Part shown: in pieces, positions 35,401-50,400 of the stretch | Layout of the letters: every line of letters begins with the position of its first letter | How positions within the stretch are numbered: position 1 is the first letter of the stretch | Assembly: GCA_024679065.1 (NCBI GenBank) | Contig: JAGIQG010000013.1 | Coordinates: forward strand, 35,092,001-35,156,000 | Origin: Sphyrna mokarran | Lineage: Eukaryota | Length of the DNA: 64,000 bases | Direction of reading: 5' to 3' | The notes under the pieces: generated by a model | The model's input: only the letters and a program-made list of their open reading frames with translations | Database searches by the model: none | What the model was told of the DNA's origin: nothing | Made by a program: the position numbers and the translations under genes

Positions 35401-38400
35401 GAATGTGGTCTTCAGCAGTATGTCACATAAAAGGTGACACAATGACAGTGTGGAACAATATTCACATCTTCCACTAGAGTTCTTCAAGTACCATGAAATA
35501 AATGCAAAATTTTTCTTAGGATTTTTCAGCTTGCAACACATTCACAAAATTTGCAGTCTAATCTCGGGAACATTTGCATTGTGCATATCTGTAATTTTAA
35601 AGTAAAGATGGCTTTTGTTCACTTGAACATATTTTTGTATTGTACGTGGTTTTTACAGCATGTAGGGACAATTATTTCTTACCGTCTTTAGCAGAGAGAG
35701 GTGACAGCAACACTGTCGAAGCCTGAGCAGCATGGATAAGATGTGGACTGTGCTCGATGCTTGAGAAATCTTCTGGGAAGAGGAAGGTCCACCATTTACA
35801 GACTCAACACCAAACTCTCGAGCTATTAATGAAAACAGAAAACAAAATGCAAATAGATCTTGATTTTTTTTTAAAATAGATTTTTACACTGGCCAGTGTA
35901 ACTTTTTAATCATGAATTAAAATAAATTACAGAGTAAATCTGGAGTTTAAATACCTAAAAAGTCATTGTTTGTGGCATACATCAGAACATGAATGTTCAG
36001 CAAAACAAATAAAGGTAACAACAAAGATTAAAAAGCTTCAAGCATCAAAATCAACATTTATATTTTAATTTTATGTGCAGAGGGCAGGCCCATGTTGATG
36101 CATTCTTCCTTGTCTGATCTGCTTTAGCAGCACCTAGTGGTCACATGACTATTTCCACATCAGTGGCAACCTTCTGTCTCAAAAAACAATGATATGAGGC
36201 TGTGGTCAAAGCAACACCTGGTGCAGCTGTGTAGCCCCACTCTGGTATGACAGTCTTTACTGCACTTGCTGCAATGAGAGACTTTGGGTTGAAAATTGCA
36301 CAATTTGCTGGCTAGTGTTCTCTCTGGGCCTTTTGCTTCAGACAGCTTTGCATTTCTACTCACCTCTTCCAACATCCTTCCAAACTGTCAGCCTCCAGAG
36401 GTCACAGTCATCAGTAATGATCTTTCAGTTGTCAAAGAAACTGTCTACCATCTTCAAATCTCACTTACCGGTGTCCTAGTAGCAGGGGTATGGGGACTAG
36501 GTCATGGCCCAGTAGCAATTCAGTATACAAAGGATCTGAGTGTATAGTCATCATCCATCAATAAACATGGCAGAGTCATTGCAGATCTCATAAAATGAGT
36601 ATACGCTGACGGAATTAGCATGCTCCTGGACTGAGTTGATGATGTTGTCCAACCGAAAGTTGTTGAAGATGTGTTTCAGACAGTGAAGGATAAAACTATT
36701 CAGCCTTTTCTCCAACCTTACATATGTTGTCCAGGTCTCACCATTGCACTGAGGATACAAACCTAGTAGACCCAGTTTCATGTTCTCAGTAAGATTGCTA
36801 CTTTTCACAACTGCTCATCTTGTACATAAAACTGAAGATTTTGCAATGAGTTTATTGAATCTAGTATCAAGTGACAGATTGCTGATAACTGTGATTCTAT
36901 CAACAATATCCAATGTCACATTGAGAGTGCTGATAAATGGTAGTATGACAACATCCCAGACGGCATTTATTTTCCTGATGTTGATGGCCAAACCAAACTC
37001 TTTCACAAGCATTAAAGAATCTGTGTATTTGTTGCTGAAGCTGTTTTTCTGTATGGAATGTTAGTGCGACGTTACCAACAATCCTCTGATGAGGATTTGG
37101 CACACCTTTATCTTTGAATATCAGGCAACCAAGATAGAACAGCTTTCCATCAGTTTTGATATGTAAACAGTTACCCTCTGTAGAGTAACTGAAAACATAT
37201 AATGGCAGCAAAGAGAAGTAAAAGCCAGGCTGTAATCTCAAAAAGTGTTCTCAAGTTGTCCTATCAGAGTTGACCTTAACATCACGTTGTTATGAAATGA
37301 GGAGCACATTGCTGATAAACAGAGGTATGTGGCCAAATACTTTCATTTAGCAGTCATCAGGACAGATGCAAGAATACCAAATTTCAATGAAACAACAATT
37401 TTTACTGCATGAGTGCTGAGTGTTTGGCAGTTAGCTCTGGTTGGTCATGATGTTGCCATGATGAACATATCAGAAAGCTATTGTGCTTTTGCTTATTAAA
37501 AACGTGTTCAATGACTGTACGTATTCCCTTTGGAAAGAGGAAACCACACTGGAAAATTGAGTCCCATTTCTCCTTGTAAAAGTCAAATCTTTCAGTGTCA
37601 TGTGATAATTGTTTCACTTAGATAGAGTTGTTCCATATATTGATTACTACAAGTTACATCGACTCTCGTTCCTTTAACCTTCAAGAGTGCCATCCGTTCC
37701 CTTTCTTCCGAATAGATTTGGAACTCTCAACAGTACCTTGCTAGGTTGGTAGCAGAAAACAGTCCATCGGTTTTCCCTCGGCTTCTTCACCTCCATGCAT
37801 CTCAAATAGCAGATGTCCTTTTTTCTGAGAGATGCTATGAAAGGAGGTTAGAACTGGTACTCAGAACTTCAATGGGTTCTATTTGAGTTTCTCTCCTAAT
37901 AACAACCAGATCACATGAGCATGTCTCCAAGCTGAGGTGCTTAATTGAAATTCTCTGCCTCACTGTGAGCTCAAGTTACATTTCAAAATATAACTATTGT
38001 GAAATTCAGTATCCATGACAAAAAGGAAAATTATGCTGATTTTCAAGGACAGGTCCTGTGACTCCAGCCTATCTGGAATACATCTCTCACATTCTCTATT
38101 CTCACTGCAAATGAATAACATATGCAGAATTTATCTAAGAGAGGAATTTCTTACCTCTGTTAAAGGGATTATCAGTATCCTGTAGTGAATTGGCTTTGGA
38201 ATCATGGCCTTCGTGTCTCTTCAGATATGACTGCAAGGTTGACCTATGGAAAGGAAAGGTGGTGAAACAGTTCTGCAAATGCTGGATGAATAAGCATAGC
38301 ATATTCAGAAAATAGAGAGCTGTTAGCTCATTTCTTGGCTGGTGCAGAAAGATGGGCCAAATGTTTACTTTCTATGCCATAAGCTATGATGCCAGAGATA

Positions 38401-41400
38401 GTCAGTAGAGAATGTTAACAATCACTTGGGACAGATAAAACATCCCATCAACAGATTCTAGTTCAGTGAGCAAAATAGACAAATGGAATGTTCAACGATG
38501 AGGATAATTGAGGTTAAAAGGAAAATCTTTCTCACCAGACTACAATTACACCATTGGAATTAATAAACCATGGCAACTGAAAATGTATCATAGCTGATGG
38601 TTTTAACCTAGTATATTTGAAATACATGCTCACATTTTTGTATGAAATAATTTAAAAGCAAAATAAATAATTAACAGTGCTATATATATATGTCCATAAA
38701 TTACATCCAATTCAAAAAAACTAATGTTGGAATGCAGGTAAACTGGTCTGAAGAACTAATATTAGATGTAATAGCTCCAGATTTATCCAAAGGTATAGCA
38801 GTGATTTGTTAACTGTTTCACTTGAAGAACATTTAAATACCTACCATAATTTATTTATAGAAAAAGTCATCTGTTTCTCGATCACATTGTGGGTTCCTGG
38901 TTTAAAGACACTGCCTCTGAGGGATCAGTTGAATTGAACAATTAAACAATTCTACTGCTCCTTCTGGTGTTGTTAAATTTGCTTTCACAGTGGCATGAGA
39001 AACCATTTTCCAACAGTACAGGGATGATTTGTATGTGTACATACATAATACTGATTTGTCAGAAAAGTTGCATGTTAACTCTTCCGCATGTCTGCGCATA
39101 TGCCAGAACCAATCAGTACAACAGGAAGTTGCGTAGGAGTCTGCAATAGTACTTTGGATTCCACCTGCCCAAGATCTGAGCTATGAATAATCCGAAGCAG
39201 CTTTAATGATGCAGCTAATATACCATGAACTCCTGGAACTGAAGTACCACAGAAATAAGTGTACATTTAGATGTGTTTCACATCACTATCACTAAGATGA
39301 AGCAGTAATGGAGCAAACAGTGGGTTCTCACACAATAAGATTATGAAAAAGCAGTTTGCACTTGAACAGGGGTGTTCTCAATGTTTCACTGTTTCAGAAG
39401 CTGTCATGATGGGAACTTCAGCAGACGAGTACAACATTTTAGGAATTATAGGTGAAAGCATATTGTTGGAGGATATGGGGAAGACATACGAAAAACTACT
39501 AACACAATTGGCTGATTTCCATACCAAGTTTTCTCCTTAGCTCACAAATGAAAATGGCAACGTGATTCTTGATGATCAAGGCTATTGTGGACCTAGTTTA
39601 TAACACTTCCACATGAACCAGAGATCATGCCAAGTTCAATTTTCTCACTGCTTTGTTCATTCACTGACAGCTGAAGTAAAAATCATGCAAAACTAGGATC
39701 AGAACAAAAATAATACTTGACTGGAGTTTATGAACTGGCTGCAAGTGATAGGCTCAAATCAGCCTAATCCTTATGCAAGGGATCGCCATCTTTGTTTGGC
39801 AATGCTTTTAATTTATTTTGAATATATCACACAATGGAACAATTAAAGTTGTGTTTAAATAATCTGGCCACTTACGCGCCATTTTATCATGACAAAGATG
39901 GCAACTGTCTTTTTGGCAACTATTCCCAACATTGAGAAATTTGTTCATGTAGCATTGTTTCATCAATAGGGAATGCTAATGGCACAGTCTATTCTCAGGG
40001 AATTGGTGTAAGCCAGTGTTGTGCTGCTACTGAACAAATTTCTTCCCTTATAACCTTTTCAAGAAGCGAATTACACAAAATCTATCCTCAAAGTGGACAG
40101 AATTATCCAAAGTACATTCTATAGTTGGCAGCAATTTATATTTCAGGAGCTCTTAATTTTTCAGACAGACCTGGAATGAGCAAACAGGACATTGTAAACA
40201 CCTTCCTCATCCTCTGATAATTTTAGTCGATGAAGGCGGTTAAATTTCTGCGGTAGGGAAACCTGGACAAAGAAAACACATGTGTAAGGGAAATTCTGTC
40301 ACAAAAACTAACCATAAAGTTTACAATTATATTTTCATTAATATTTGTTTCATTTCACAAATTTTGAAACCTAATCAGAATTAAGGGTATAAGTGTTTTA
40401 GGTGTGACAGAGTTGGTGTGAGGAGAGGTGGGGGAGTGGCTTTATTAGTTAAGGACAACGTCATAGCAGTGCAGAGGGAGGGAGGTATGGATGATTTAGG
40501 AATTGAGTCTCTATGGGTGGAGTTGAGGAATAGGAAGGGAGTGGTTACTCTGTTGGGTGTTTACTACAGACTGCCCAACAGCCCGCGAGCCATGGAAGAA
40601 GGGATATGCAGGGACATTTTAGATAAGTGTAGGAAAAATAGGGTAGTAGTAGTGGGAGATTTCAATTTTCTGGAGTAGATTGGAGAGGGCCCAGAGCTGT
40701 AGGAGTGGATGGGGAGGAATTTGTACAGTGTGTTTTGGAAGGGTCCTTGGAGCAGCATGTGGATGGCCCGACTAGAGATGGGGCTATACTGGATTTGGTT
40801 CTGGGGAATGAGCCAGGCCAGGTGGTTGACGTCGAGGTAGGAGAGCAGGTGTCAAATAGTGATCACAACTCTGTCTGCCTTAGGATATTAATGGAAAAGG
40901 ATGAGACTGGCCCAAAAGGGAGGGTATTTAACTGGGGGAGGGCTAGATACGGCCAGATTAGGCAAGAGCTTAAAGATACGGATTGGGATAAGCTTTTTGA
41001 GGGCAGGTCGACGAGGTACATGTGGGAGTCTTTCAAGGGAAAACTAAACTCTCTGCAGGAAAGATATGTGCCGGCAAGGAGGAAGGATGGGAAAGGTAGG
41101 ATTAGAGAACCTTCGCTTACCAGGGAGATTGAGGACTTGATCAAGAAAAAGCGAGAGGCTTACATTAGATCTAGGCAACTAGGGACTGAGACAGCGCTGG
41201 AAGCTTATAGAGAGTGTAGACGGGATCTTAAAAGGGGGATTAGAAAGGCAAAAAGGGGCCACGAGGTGGCTCTGGCAGGTAGGATAAAGGAAAATCCAAA
41301 GGCATTTTACACCTATGTAAGGAGCAAAAGGATGGGTAGAGGCAAGATTGGACCTCTTAGGGACAGAGGAGGGGATCTATGCTTAGAGCCTGAGGGAATG

Positions 41401-44400
41401 GGGGAGATCCTGAATGAATACCTTGCGTCGGTATTCACGCAGGAGACTGGACAGATGTCTGTGCCTGATGTTGACAAAGTTGAGGATCGGTTGAGGGAAA
41501 TAAGGATTACAAGGAAAGAGGTGTTGGGGCTGTTAGGCAGCTTAAAGACATATAAAGCTCCGGGGCCTGATGGCATTTACCCCAGCTGCTAAGGGAGTTG
41601 AGGGAAGACCTAGCTGGGCCTCTGACGCAAAGCTTTGTCTCTTCCTTGGACACAGGTGAGGTCCCAGAGGACTGGAGGATAGCAAACATAGTACCGTTGT
41701 TTAAAAAAGGTCAGAGGGATCACCCAGGGAAATATAGGCCGGTGAGCTTGACTTCAGTTATAGGTAAGCTAATGGAGAGGATCCTTAGGGACAGGATGTA
41801 TGAGCATCTGGAGCGCTGCGATATGATCAGGGATACGCAGCATGGCTTCGTCAAGGGGAAGTCTTGTCTTACGAATCTGGTGGAATTTTTTGAAGAAGTG
41901 ACAAAAATAGTTGATGAAGGACAGGCTGTTGATGTCGTCTACATGGATTTCAGTAAGGCGTTTGACAAGGTTCCTCATGGTAGACTGATAGAGAAGTTGA
42001 AGGCGCATGGGATACAGGGTCGGGTATGTAGATGGGTCGAAAACTGGCTCGGAAGGAGGAGACAGAGGGTAGTAGTGGAAGGCTCTTTTTCCAGCTGGAA
42101 GCCTGTCACGAGTGGAGTGCCACAAGGCTCAGTACTAGGTCCTCTTCTATTTGTGGTCTACATAAACGACTTGGAAGTAGGGGTAGGTGGTGAGATCAGC
42201 AAATTTGCTGATGACACCAAGATGCTTGGATTGGCGGGTACAGAAGAGCAGTGGCAGGCAATACAACAGGACATAGACAGGTTGGTAGACTGGGCAGATA
42301 GATGGCAAATGGAATTTAATCCGGATAAATGCGAGGTGATGCATTTTGGCCGGAAAAATGTAGAAGAGAGTGATAGGATAAAAGGTAAAACGATACGGAG
42401 CATAGAGACGCAGAGAGACTTGGGGGTGCAGGTTCACAAGTCTCTGAAGGTGTCCTCACAGGTGGAGAAGGTGAAAAAGAAGGCGTATAGTATGTTAGCT
42501 TTCATAGAAAAGGGTATAGAATATAAGAGTAGGAGTTTGATGTTGCAGTTGTATACAACTTTGGTTAGGCCTCACTTGGAATACTGCGCCCAGTTCTGGT
42601 CTCCGTACTCTCGGAAGGATGTGGAGTCCTTGGAGAGAGTGCAGAGGAGGTTTACCAGGATGCTGCCTGGTATGGAAGGACTGTCCTATGAGGAACGATT
42701 AGATAGAATGGGGTTGTTTTCCCTTGAAAGACGTCGGCTTAGAGGGGATCTCATAGAGGTGTATAAGATTATAAGGGGTATAGATAGAGTAAATTGAGGT
42801 AAACTTTTTCCACCTTCAGAAATGGATAGGACGAGGGGTCATGGCCATAGGGTGAGGGGGGCTATGTATAAGACGAATATTAGAGGGCAGTTTTTCACAC
42901 AAAGGGGAGTGGGGGTGTGGAATGCACTGCCGAGTAAGGTGGTGGGAGCAGGCACGCTGGGGCTGTTTAAGGGTCTCTTGGACAGCCACATGAGCGGTAT
43001 GCAGATAGAGGGATATAGTAGGACTGTTTAACTACGGCTTTTTTTTCCACAGGTAATTCGGTCCCTACTTGACCAACAATGAGCATGCATTCGGCAGGTG
43101 GTGCGAGGACAGCTCTTGGATGTTGATTCATGGGTTGCCTGGTACTTCATGTCGTAAATGAGTGCTTTATGTGGACCATATGAAGGGCACCATGACAGCT
43201 CAGAGACTATCGATGTGGCTGTGCAGACACTTGGAATTGGGCCGGGGTCTGCGGGAGTTTGCGTGTTCTCCCCGTGGTTGCGTGGGTTTTCTCCGGGCAC
43301 TCCGGTTTCCTCCCACAACCCAAAAATTCGCTCTTAGGATGATTGGGAAACAAATTGTCCCTATGGTGAAAATTTTCCATATTAGAAATAATATATATAT
43401 TATTATATAGGAATATTAAAATAGGATAATGTATTTGCTACTATATAGTATGACGGCGGCGCGGGCTCGTTGGGCCGAAGGGCCTGTTTCCCGTGCTGTG
43501 TTGCTTAAAAAAAAAGATTTGGTGAAACAATCAGGTGTTCCCTCTATAATGAGAGTGAATATTATATTGTAGTAAATAATGACGTATCATTTTCACTATA
43601 AAATAAACTAGAGGCAATTGCACTTAGAATCTTGCATTGTTTTCTGCGTGATGAGTATCAAAAAGTGAAGCTTTTTATTCCATTTAAAATACAAAATCAT
43701 AACACATACAACTCTCATATACCTGGTCACTCAAGAAGAAACTACCAAATGACTAAGATCAAAATGTTAAATGATTATAATTGTTTTGCTGCATAAATCA
43801 CTACAGTAGTCTTAAGATAAGCTATAAATTAAATGCATTAATCCTGCTTTTCCAGTGAGCAACCTTTGAACAGAACTTACCTTGTCCATAAGCTCTCTAT
43901 AGGACTTTTTGCATGGTAAACTGTTGACAACATGACATCCAAAACAACACGGTATGTTCCACAGAATATTTGAGACACCTGAGAACAGGACAAGAAATTT
44001 TGCCTCTCCTTAACCTGATTTAAGAATTGCTAATAAGCAGCTGAGGGACTGAACCAGGAAATGTCAGTCAGAGGATCAAATGCAATGCCAGATCAGGTAC
44101 AATGAGTGAAATTGGGAGGGGGGGGGTGGGGGGGAGAATAAAAGAAAACAATTTTTAAAAAAAAAACAAAAATCTGAAGAATAAAGTCTCCACACTTGAA
44201 AAGCTAATTTTCAGTGAAGAGGTGTCTTGGCAGTAATTAACCATGCTGTTAGAAATTCAGCTTAGATGGGAAAAGAGAAATCCTAACTTTCTGTCATGAG
44301 TTCAGTTGGGTATCTATGATGTCAGGAATATATAGGAATGTCACACCGTTCAAAACATTTAAGGGTGGGGCGGGGGTTGCTGGCAACAGCAACCTCATAT

Positions 44401-47400
44401 TTAACTGCACACACATTGCTGTCCATTTGCGCGTAAACAACAGTCAACACTGTTAGCCTCACTATTATTTTCACAGAAGAATGTGAGCTCAATTCTGAGG
44501 TGAAGATCTTGACCTGAAAACTCCAATATTTTATTGCTATTCCTGATTTCAAATGCACTGTGACTGCCTGAATCAAAGATTACCAGAGCCTTTGTCCAAA
44601 TTATACAGTTCAGTTGGTAATAGGAATACATCAACATTGTATTCTAACCCTTAATCTAGAATAGAGCCAACATATCGAGTCTAGCTTTCTCAGAGCTTAA
44701 AAACTTTGGCTCTGTTCTCTCTCCACAAATGCTGTCAGACCTGCTGAGATTTTCCAGCATTTTCCATTTTTGTTTCAAATTCCAGCATCCACAGTATTTT
44801 GCTTTTAGGATATAGCTTCACTTGGTACCAAAAGCCTCTCCTCCAGGAAACTGTATTTAGTTTGATAGTATTCTGCAAACTAGTCTTGGTGTTTCCATTA
44901 GCTCCTCTTATTCCAAGTTCAGCAGAGTTACGGTGTTGGACTTTTAGGACCAACAATATCTCAGCGATAATGATCCTAGCTGTTCATCCTCCAAATACAT
45001 TGAATAAAGTGCCAACTTTTATTCTGCACAGGGGTTTCAATTCCAACCAACCAAGCATTTGTTTACATTTGCCGGCACTCATTCACTTTCTCAGGATTGA
45101 GTTGCAGCCACATCTGGATACAGGCAAAAACAGAACTCTCTTGCAATGGTTAAAAATCTCAGGATCTGAAAGTGAGAATTCATACAACCCAAATACTTAA
45201 ATTGAGATTAACCGAGTTTATACCAGAATCGTTTATAAAACTTTTGACATGGAGCTGATTTGGATAAAAAGTTTTACATTGCAGTTTAGCATTGGTGATC
45301 TGGTGACAGACTAGTGATTGTTCCAGGAATAATTAGATATGGAAAAAGACTAGGTGCAGGGATAGAATTGGAATTAGCATTGACAAAGCCCAAATCACTT
45401 TTGATATAAAAGCTTAGATCGGATAATGCACCGCAAAATAATGTGATGAATGGCATTTTGTCAAAGTGGAAATATGGATTTCTATACCAGAGGTTTTCCA
45501 CTAGTGTCAAGCTGGTCCTTCATTCTTCGCAACAAAAGGCTTTTGGTAATAATATTAAGGCGTTCTCCACCCTTCTTTGTACCAGTATCCACTTGATTCT
45601 TCCAAAGCTTGAACTCATCAAATGGAGAACAGTGAAGGAACCTGAGCAAACAGGAAGTTAGAAAACAGAGCTGAAATTTTAGAAATCAGCTAAGTTCCAC
45701 AGTTAACAACAAAAATTAATTAGTCTCAGCTAGATAACTTGGGAACAATATCACAAACAATTTAGGAGGGTACCTTTTATATAAAAGGACACACAGCATC
45801 AAAAACAAAGAAATGTTAGGATATTCTTAAGTGCTCCAGACATTATTAGAAATAATACTGCAAAAATATAAGTGTCTGAAGAATACAATTTAAGAATTAA
45901 CCGAGCATACTCTAGTTTGTTTCCTTACTTGAGCAAAGAGTACATATCCAGCAGGTTGTTCTGAATGGGTGTTCCTGTAACTGCCCAGCGTGCTCTAGCT
46001 TGGAGTTCACACACTGCCATTGATGTTTGCACTTGGGGGTTTTTAATGTTGTGAGCTTCATCCAGGATGATCCGAGCCCATGCTATCTTTAGTAGAGGAG
46101 AATGTGGAGACTTTGCCTCAGTCAATGCCTGAAAACAGTATATAAATTATAAAGTTTGTATGCAGTATCATATCATCACAATGTGGTTGGGTCGACAAAA
46201 TTAATTATCTATCCTACTTACTCTCACTTTAATCATATTAATGGATTTTTGACCAGGAAAGAATTTCACTGACTCTTACGGTCATATAGGGAGTACAACT
46301 GCCACATCAGAAAGCACATTGAATATTGGGGCTGGTGCATCTGGACTACAAAAATTGTCAAGAGCATTAACCCACTAAAAGTACCACAGGCACTGAGAAT
46401 TATTCTGAAATGGTGAGCTGGTGTTCTTTAGTTTCCAACAGCAGCAATCGTTAAATTCTTAGCAGCAACATATCCAAGACAGGGCAGTGGCATTTCTCAT
46501 TCACATCTACAAGGCCATAAATGGTTCAACTTACATTTGCCTCTTCATCTTTGATTGCACAACGTCCTTTCTCCTTTTTTACAGGGATCTCCTTTGCAAC
46601 AAGGCTATATGTTGTAAGAACAACATCAAATTCTGACAGTCTACAAGAAAATATTTTAACGTTTCAGATTAGGAGTCAATAAAAATGGCACCTCATAGTA
46701 TTACTAGTTTCAGGTTAAATTCTTCTTCTTGGGAGCAGCTACTTGTCTATGTCAACTTTTACTTCCAGAAAGACATTCCTTCCCAGTCATTAGGTCCTCC
46801 TGCCACGTTGTGTTCTCTGATTGATGAGCCAACAATGTGCTGATGCCAATCTACTTCTAAAGCTGCTATTAAATTGACTTATTGCAACTGCATACTGACT
46901 TGTTTACTATTTTTCTTTATCTATGCGGGAAATGTGGCAAAAACTTGTTTTTGCTTAATGCCTTCTTCATGTAGTTTCAAGAGCAAAAACTCCATGGAAG
47001 TTGCTGAAATACAACCTACATAATACTTTTGCACGCGACAAATTAGATTAAATATCAGCTGTCTGGTCAGCTCAAAGTTTACAAAGTTAATTTTAGTTCA
47101 TGTCAGACTCTAAGTCCAGTGATCCACTTGATGTTAATACTTACATACCAATCAAGAAAGATCAATCAGCAAGTAATACTTACTGTCACTCTAATGAAAT
47201 AGACAAACAAATTTCTTATTATAGCAGTGTCTTCTTTAGACTGCATTAAATGTTAAGTTGCATATCAGAACATATAATATTACATATTCAGAGCTATTAA
47301 TGCTACTGTATTTTCAGAGTAAGAACTCCATAATGCTCCAGGTACTCACACCTTTGCTGACTGTTCTCTCTTTGGTCCATGATACATATATATACTTATT

Positions 47401-50400
47401 TTCCTTGTACAAACATGCCGTTCGATTTCCTTTTTCCAATGGTGAATTATAGATGCTGGACAAATGATGAGTGTCCCACTGGAGATCACAGAAGTACTAT
47501 CTGTTGGAAAAAGACCATTGGAATATAATATTATCTTATGATCAGATAACAGTGAGAGAGAAACAATTTCAATTTTGCTGGATATTATAGCATCATACAG
47601 AGCAGGAGGCAGCCATTCAACCCATCAAGTCTGCACTGACCACGATCCCACCCAGACTGTATCTTCATAGCCCTAGCTAGTCCCCCTTCCATTAGCATGC
47701 CCAATCAATCTAACCTGTACATCTTTGGACTGTGGAAGGAAACTACAGCACCCGGAAGAAATCCAGGCAGACATGGGAGAATGTACAAACTCCACATAGA
47801 CGGTGAACCAAGTTAAGAATCAAACCCGAGTCCCTCACAGAGAGGCAGCAGTGCTAACCGATACCACAAAGAAATGGGCAAAAAACTTTGCTCTGCGTTT
47901 CTACTATTACTTGTCATGGAATTCTGAATAATTCAAAGGCAAACAAAACAATTTTCTCGAGGCTGAGCAATGCAGTAAAGAGCAGTGAGAAAACTTGAGC
48001 TAAAATACAATATGGAATGCAACTAAGTACAAATTACTTCGTGGTACATTATTGAGGCCAAACTTTTACACAAAATATGCATGCAATTTGAAAAACATAT
48101 CCTTTAAGATTAAACTTTGTTTCCAAACAGGAATTACTTCAAATTGCAAACACAGGAAAAATGAATTCTCTTTCAACTTCCCAGCTTTAGGATTTAGGAA
48201 TTCCAAAAGAGAATATACAGCTAAATTGTTTCAATAAAGCCACATTATGGTTGGTGATTTAAGCAAACCATAATCCTCAAGCCTTTTTTTTTGTTCTTAA
48301 GCATTAGAAGTTCAAAATAAATGTGGTTACAAAATATAATGATATATACTGCTTAAAGAAATGGAATGGTTTAACCAGACAGACCAACTTAACTCCTAAA
48401 TATTGTAATTAAAAACTGTAGTTTCCGTGATAAAAATATTGTTCAGCTCTAATCAAAGAGCTACAGCATTCCATCTGTTTTTAAATACCTAAATATAATA
48501 TAGAAAATAATTTCAACTCATTTCACTAAACAGAATTATTCACATAGAAGACTAACAATCTCTTGTTTGCTTGACCTTTGATATCCATACCTTTGATCCC
48601 TTTAGCCCAGAGAGCTATATCTAATTCTTTTTTGATAACATATAATGATTTGGCCTCAATTGCTTTCTGCAGCAGTAAACTCCACAAGTGCAAGTGAAAA
48701 CATTTCTCCTAATCTCCGTCCCAAATGGTTTAACCTCTATCCTTAGACCATGACCCCTGGTTCTGGACTCTTGCACACACACACACACCACATATTCCCA
48801 CCCACCAACATCAGGAATATGCTTGTCTTGTCCTGTTAGGATTTTTTAGATTCCTACAAGATACCACCCTCGTCCTGCCCCCTCCTCATTCTTCTAAACT
48901 CCAGCAAATATAAACCTAACTGACTCTTTTTTCTCCTCATATTAGTCCTGGCAACCTAGGTATCAGTCTGGTGGACATTTTCTGCATATTTTCCATTGCT
49001 AGAACATTCTTCCTCAGATGAAGGCAAAACTGCATTCAATGTTCTAGGTGTGGTCTCACCAAGGCCCTGTATAACTGCAACAAGACATCTCTGCTTCTGT
49101 TCTTAAGTCTACTTGCTTTAGAGGCTAACATATCATTTGCCTTCTTCTCACCTGCTTCACCTGCATGCTTACTTTCAGTGACTCCTCTGGAAGGAAACCC
49201 ATATGTCTTATTACACACTCCTCCCACTCAATCTATAGCCATTTAAATAATAATAGTGTTAAAGTCTTTGAGTCTTACAGCACGGAAACAGGCTCTTCAG
49301 CCCAACTTGTCCGTACTGCCCTTTTTAAAATAATTATTATTTTTAATAATTTTAACAATAATACTTCAATAACATGCCTTGCTGTTTTTGCTACCAAAGT
49401 GGATAACTTCCATTTATCCACATTGTACTGCATCTGCCCACTCATTCAATAGACTCTACTCTACAATTGTGATTCTAAGTGCTGGGTGGATTGGAATTTG
49501 GGAGTTTTAGATCTGACTTTTAGACCCATCCTGAGGCACCTTCATACGCACTTTGCCTACAAAAATACCAGCGATTCTAAATCACTCGGCACAAGCTTGC
49601 AGGCGGGGCTTAATGCACCCAAAATCCTGCAGCTCTGATTGGCACCTCCAACTGCACACGCGCAGAAAAAAAAAATAAAATGCTGCTTCCTTGCCACATG
49701 CCTCCCAGGCCAGAAAATGCATCCTCCTCTTGGCCCCCACAGTCATTGCCCCATCCCCACAATATTACTTATTCTCCAACCCAGTTCAATCACAGCCTTT
49801 CTCTCTCCTCCCACCCGTCTCAGACAGTGGGCTAGCAAACCCTTCCCATCCGCACCGATCTTAGACAAGGTGATTCACCAACCCCCTTCCCTCCACCAAA
49901 CTCAGGCAGTAGAGGACCCCTTTCACCCCCACTAATCACAGGCAGAGTGGCACTGGACCCACCCCCGCTCCTCCAACCCCTGCCCCCATTGATCTCAAGC
50001 AGAGTAGGCAGCAAACCAACCTTCCCCACCACCCTCCCCCAAACAATTTCAAGCAGAGTGGCAGTGGAAACCACACTCACCCACTTCTCCCAATTCCATT
50101 TGGAGCATATCTATTTTGTGCTAATTCCAGATGGATGAACGTGATGGTAAAGGGGGAAGTGCCAATAAAGTTGGGCATACAGCCCACTAAAACAATTTAA
50201 ATGCATGCAAACACATTTAAATGGCCCTTGTGCCAATTTCCGGTACGGTCCCAATCGCAGCTATTTTTGGGCCTTGGAAACCAGCAAGGAGGCAGACATG
50301 GATCACGCTACTCACCTCACGCCCAATTTTACCAAGATTTTGCGCCTGAAAATGGGCACAACATGATGATAAAATTGAGCCAATGTGTTCAAATCACACT

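Noticed and set aside
49460-50390. Possible MITE/DNA-transposon-derived insert with C-rich internal repeats splitting an old CR1
   Set aside because: I could not identify convincing terminal inverted repeats or a TSD by eye; left unclassified.
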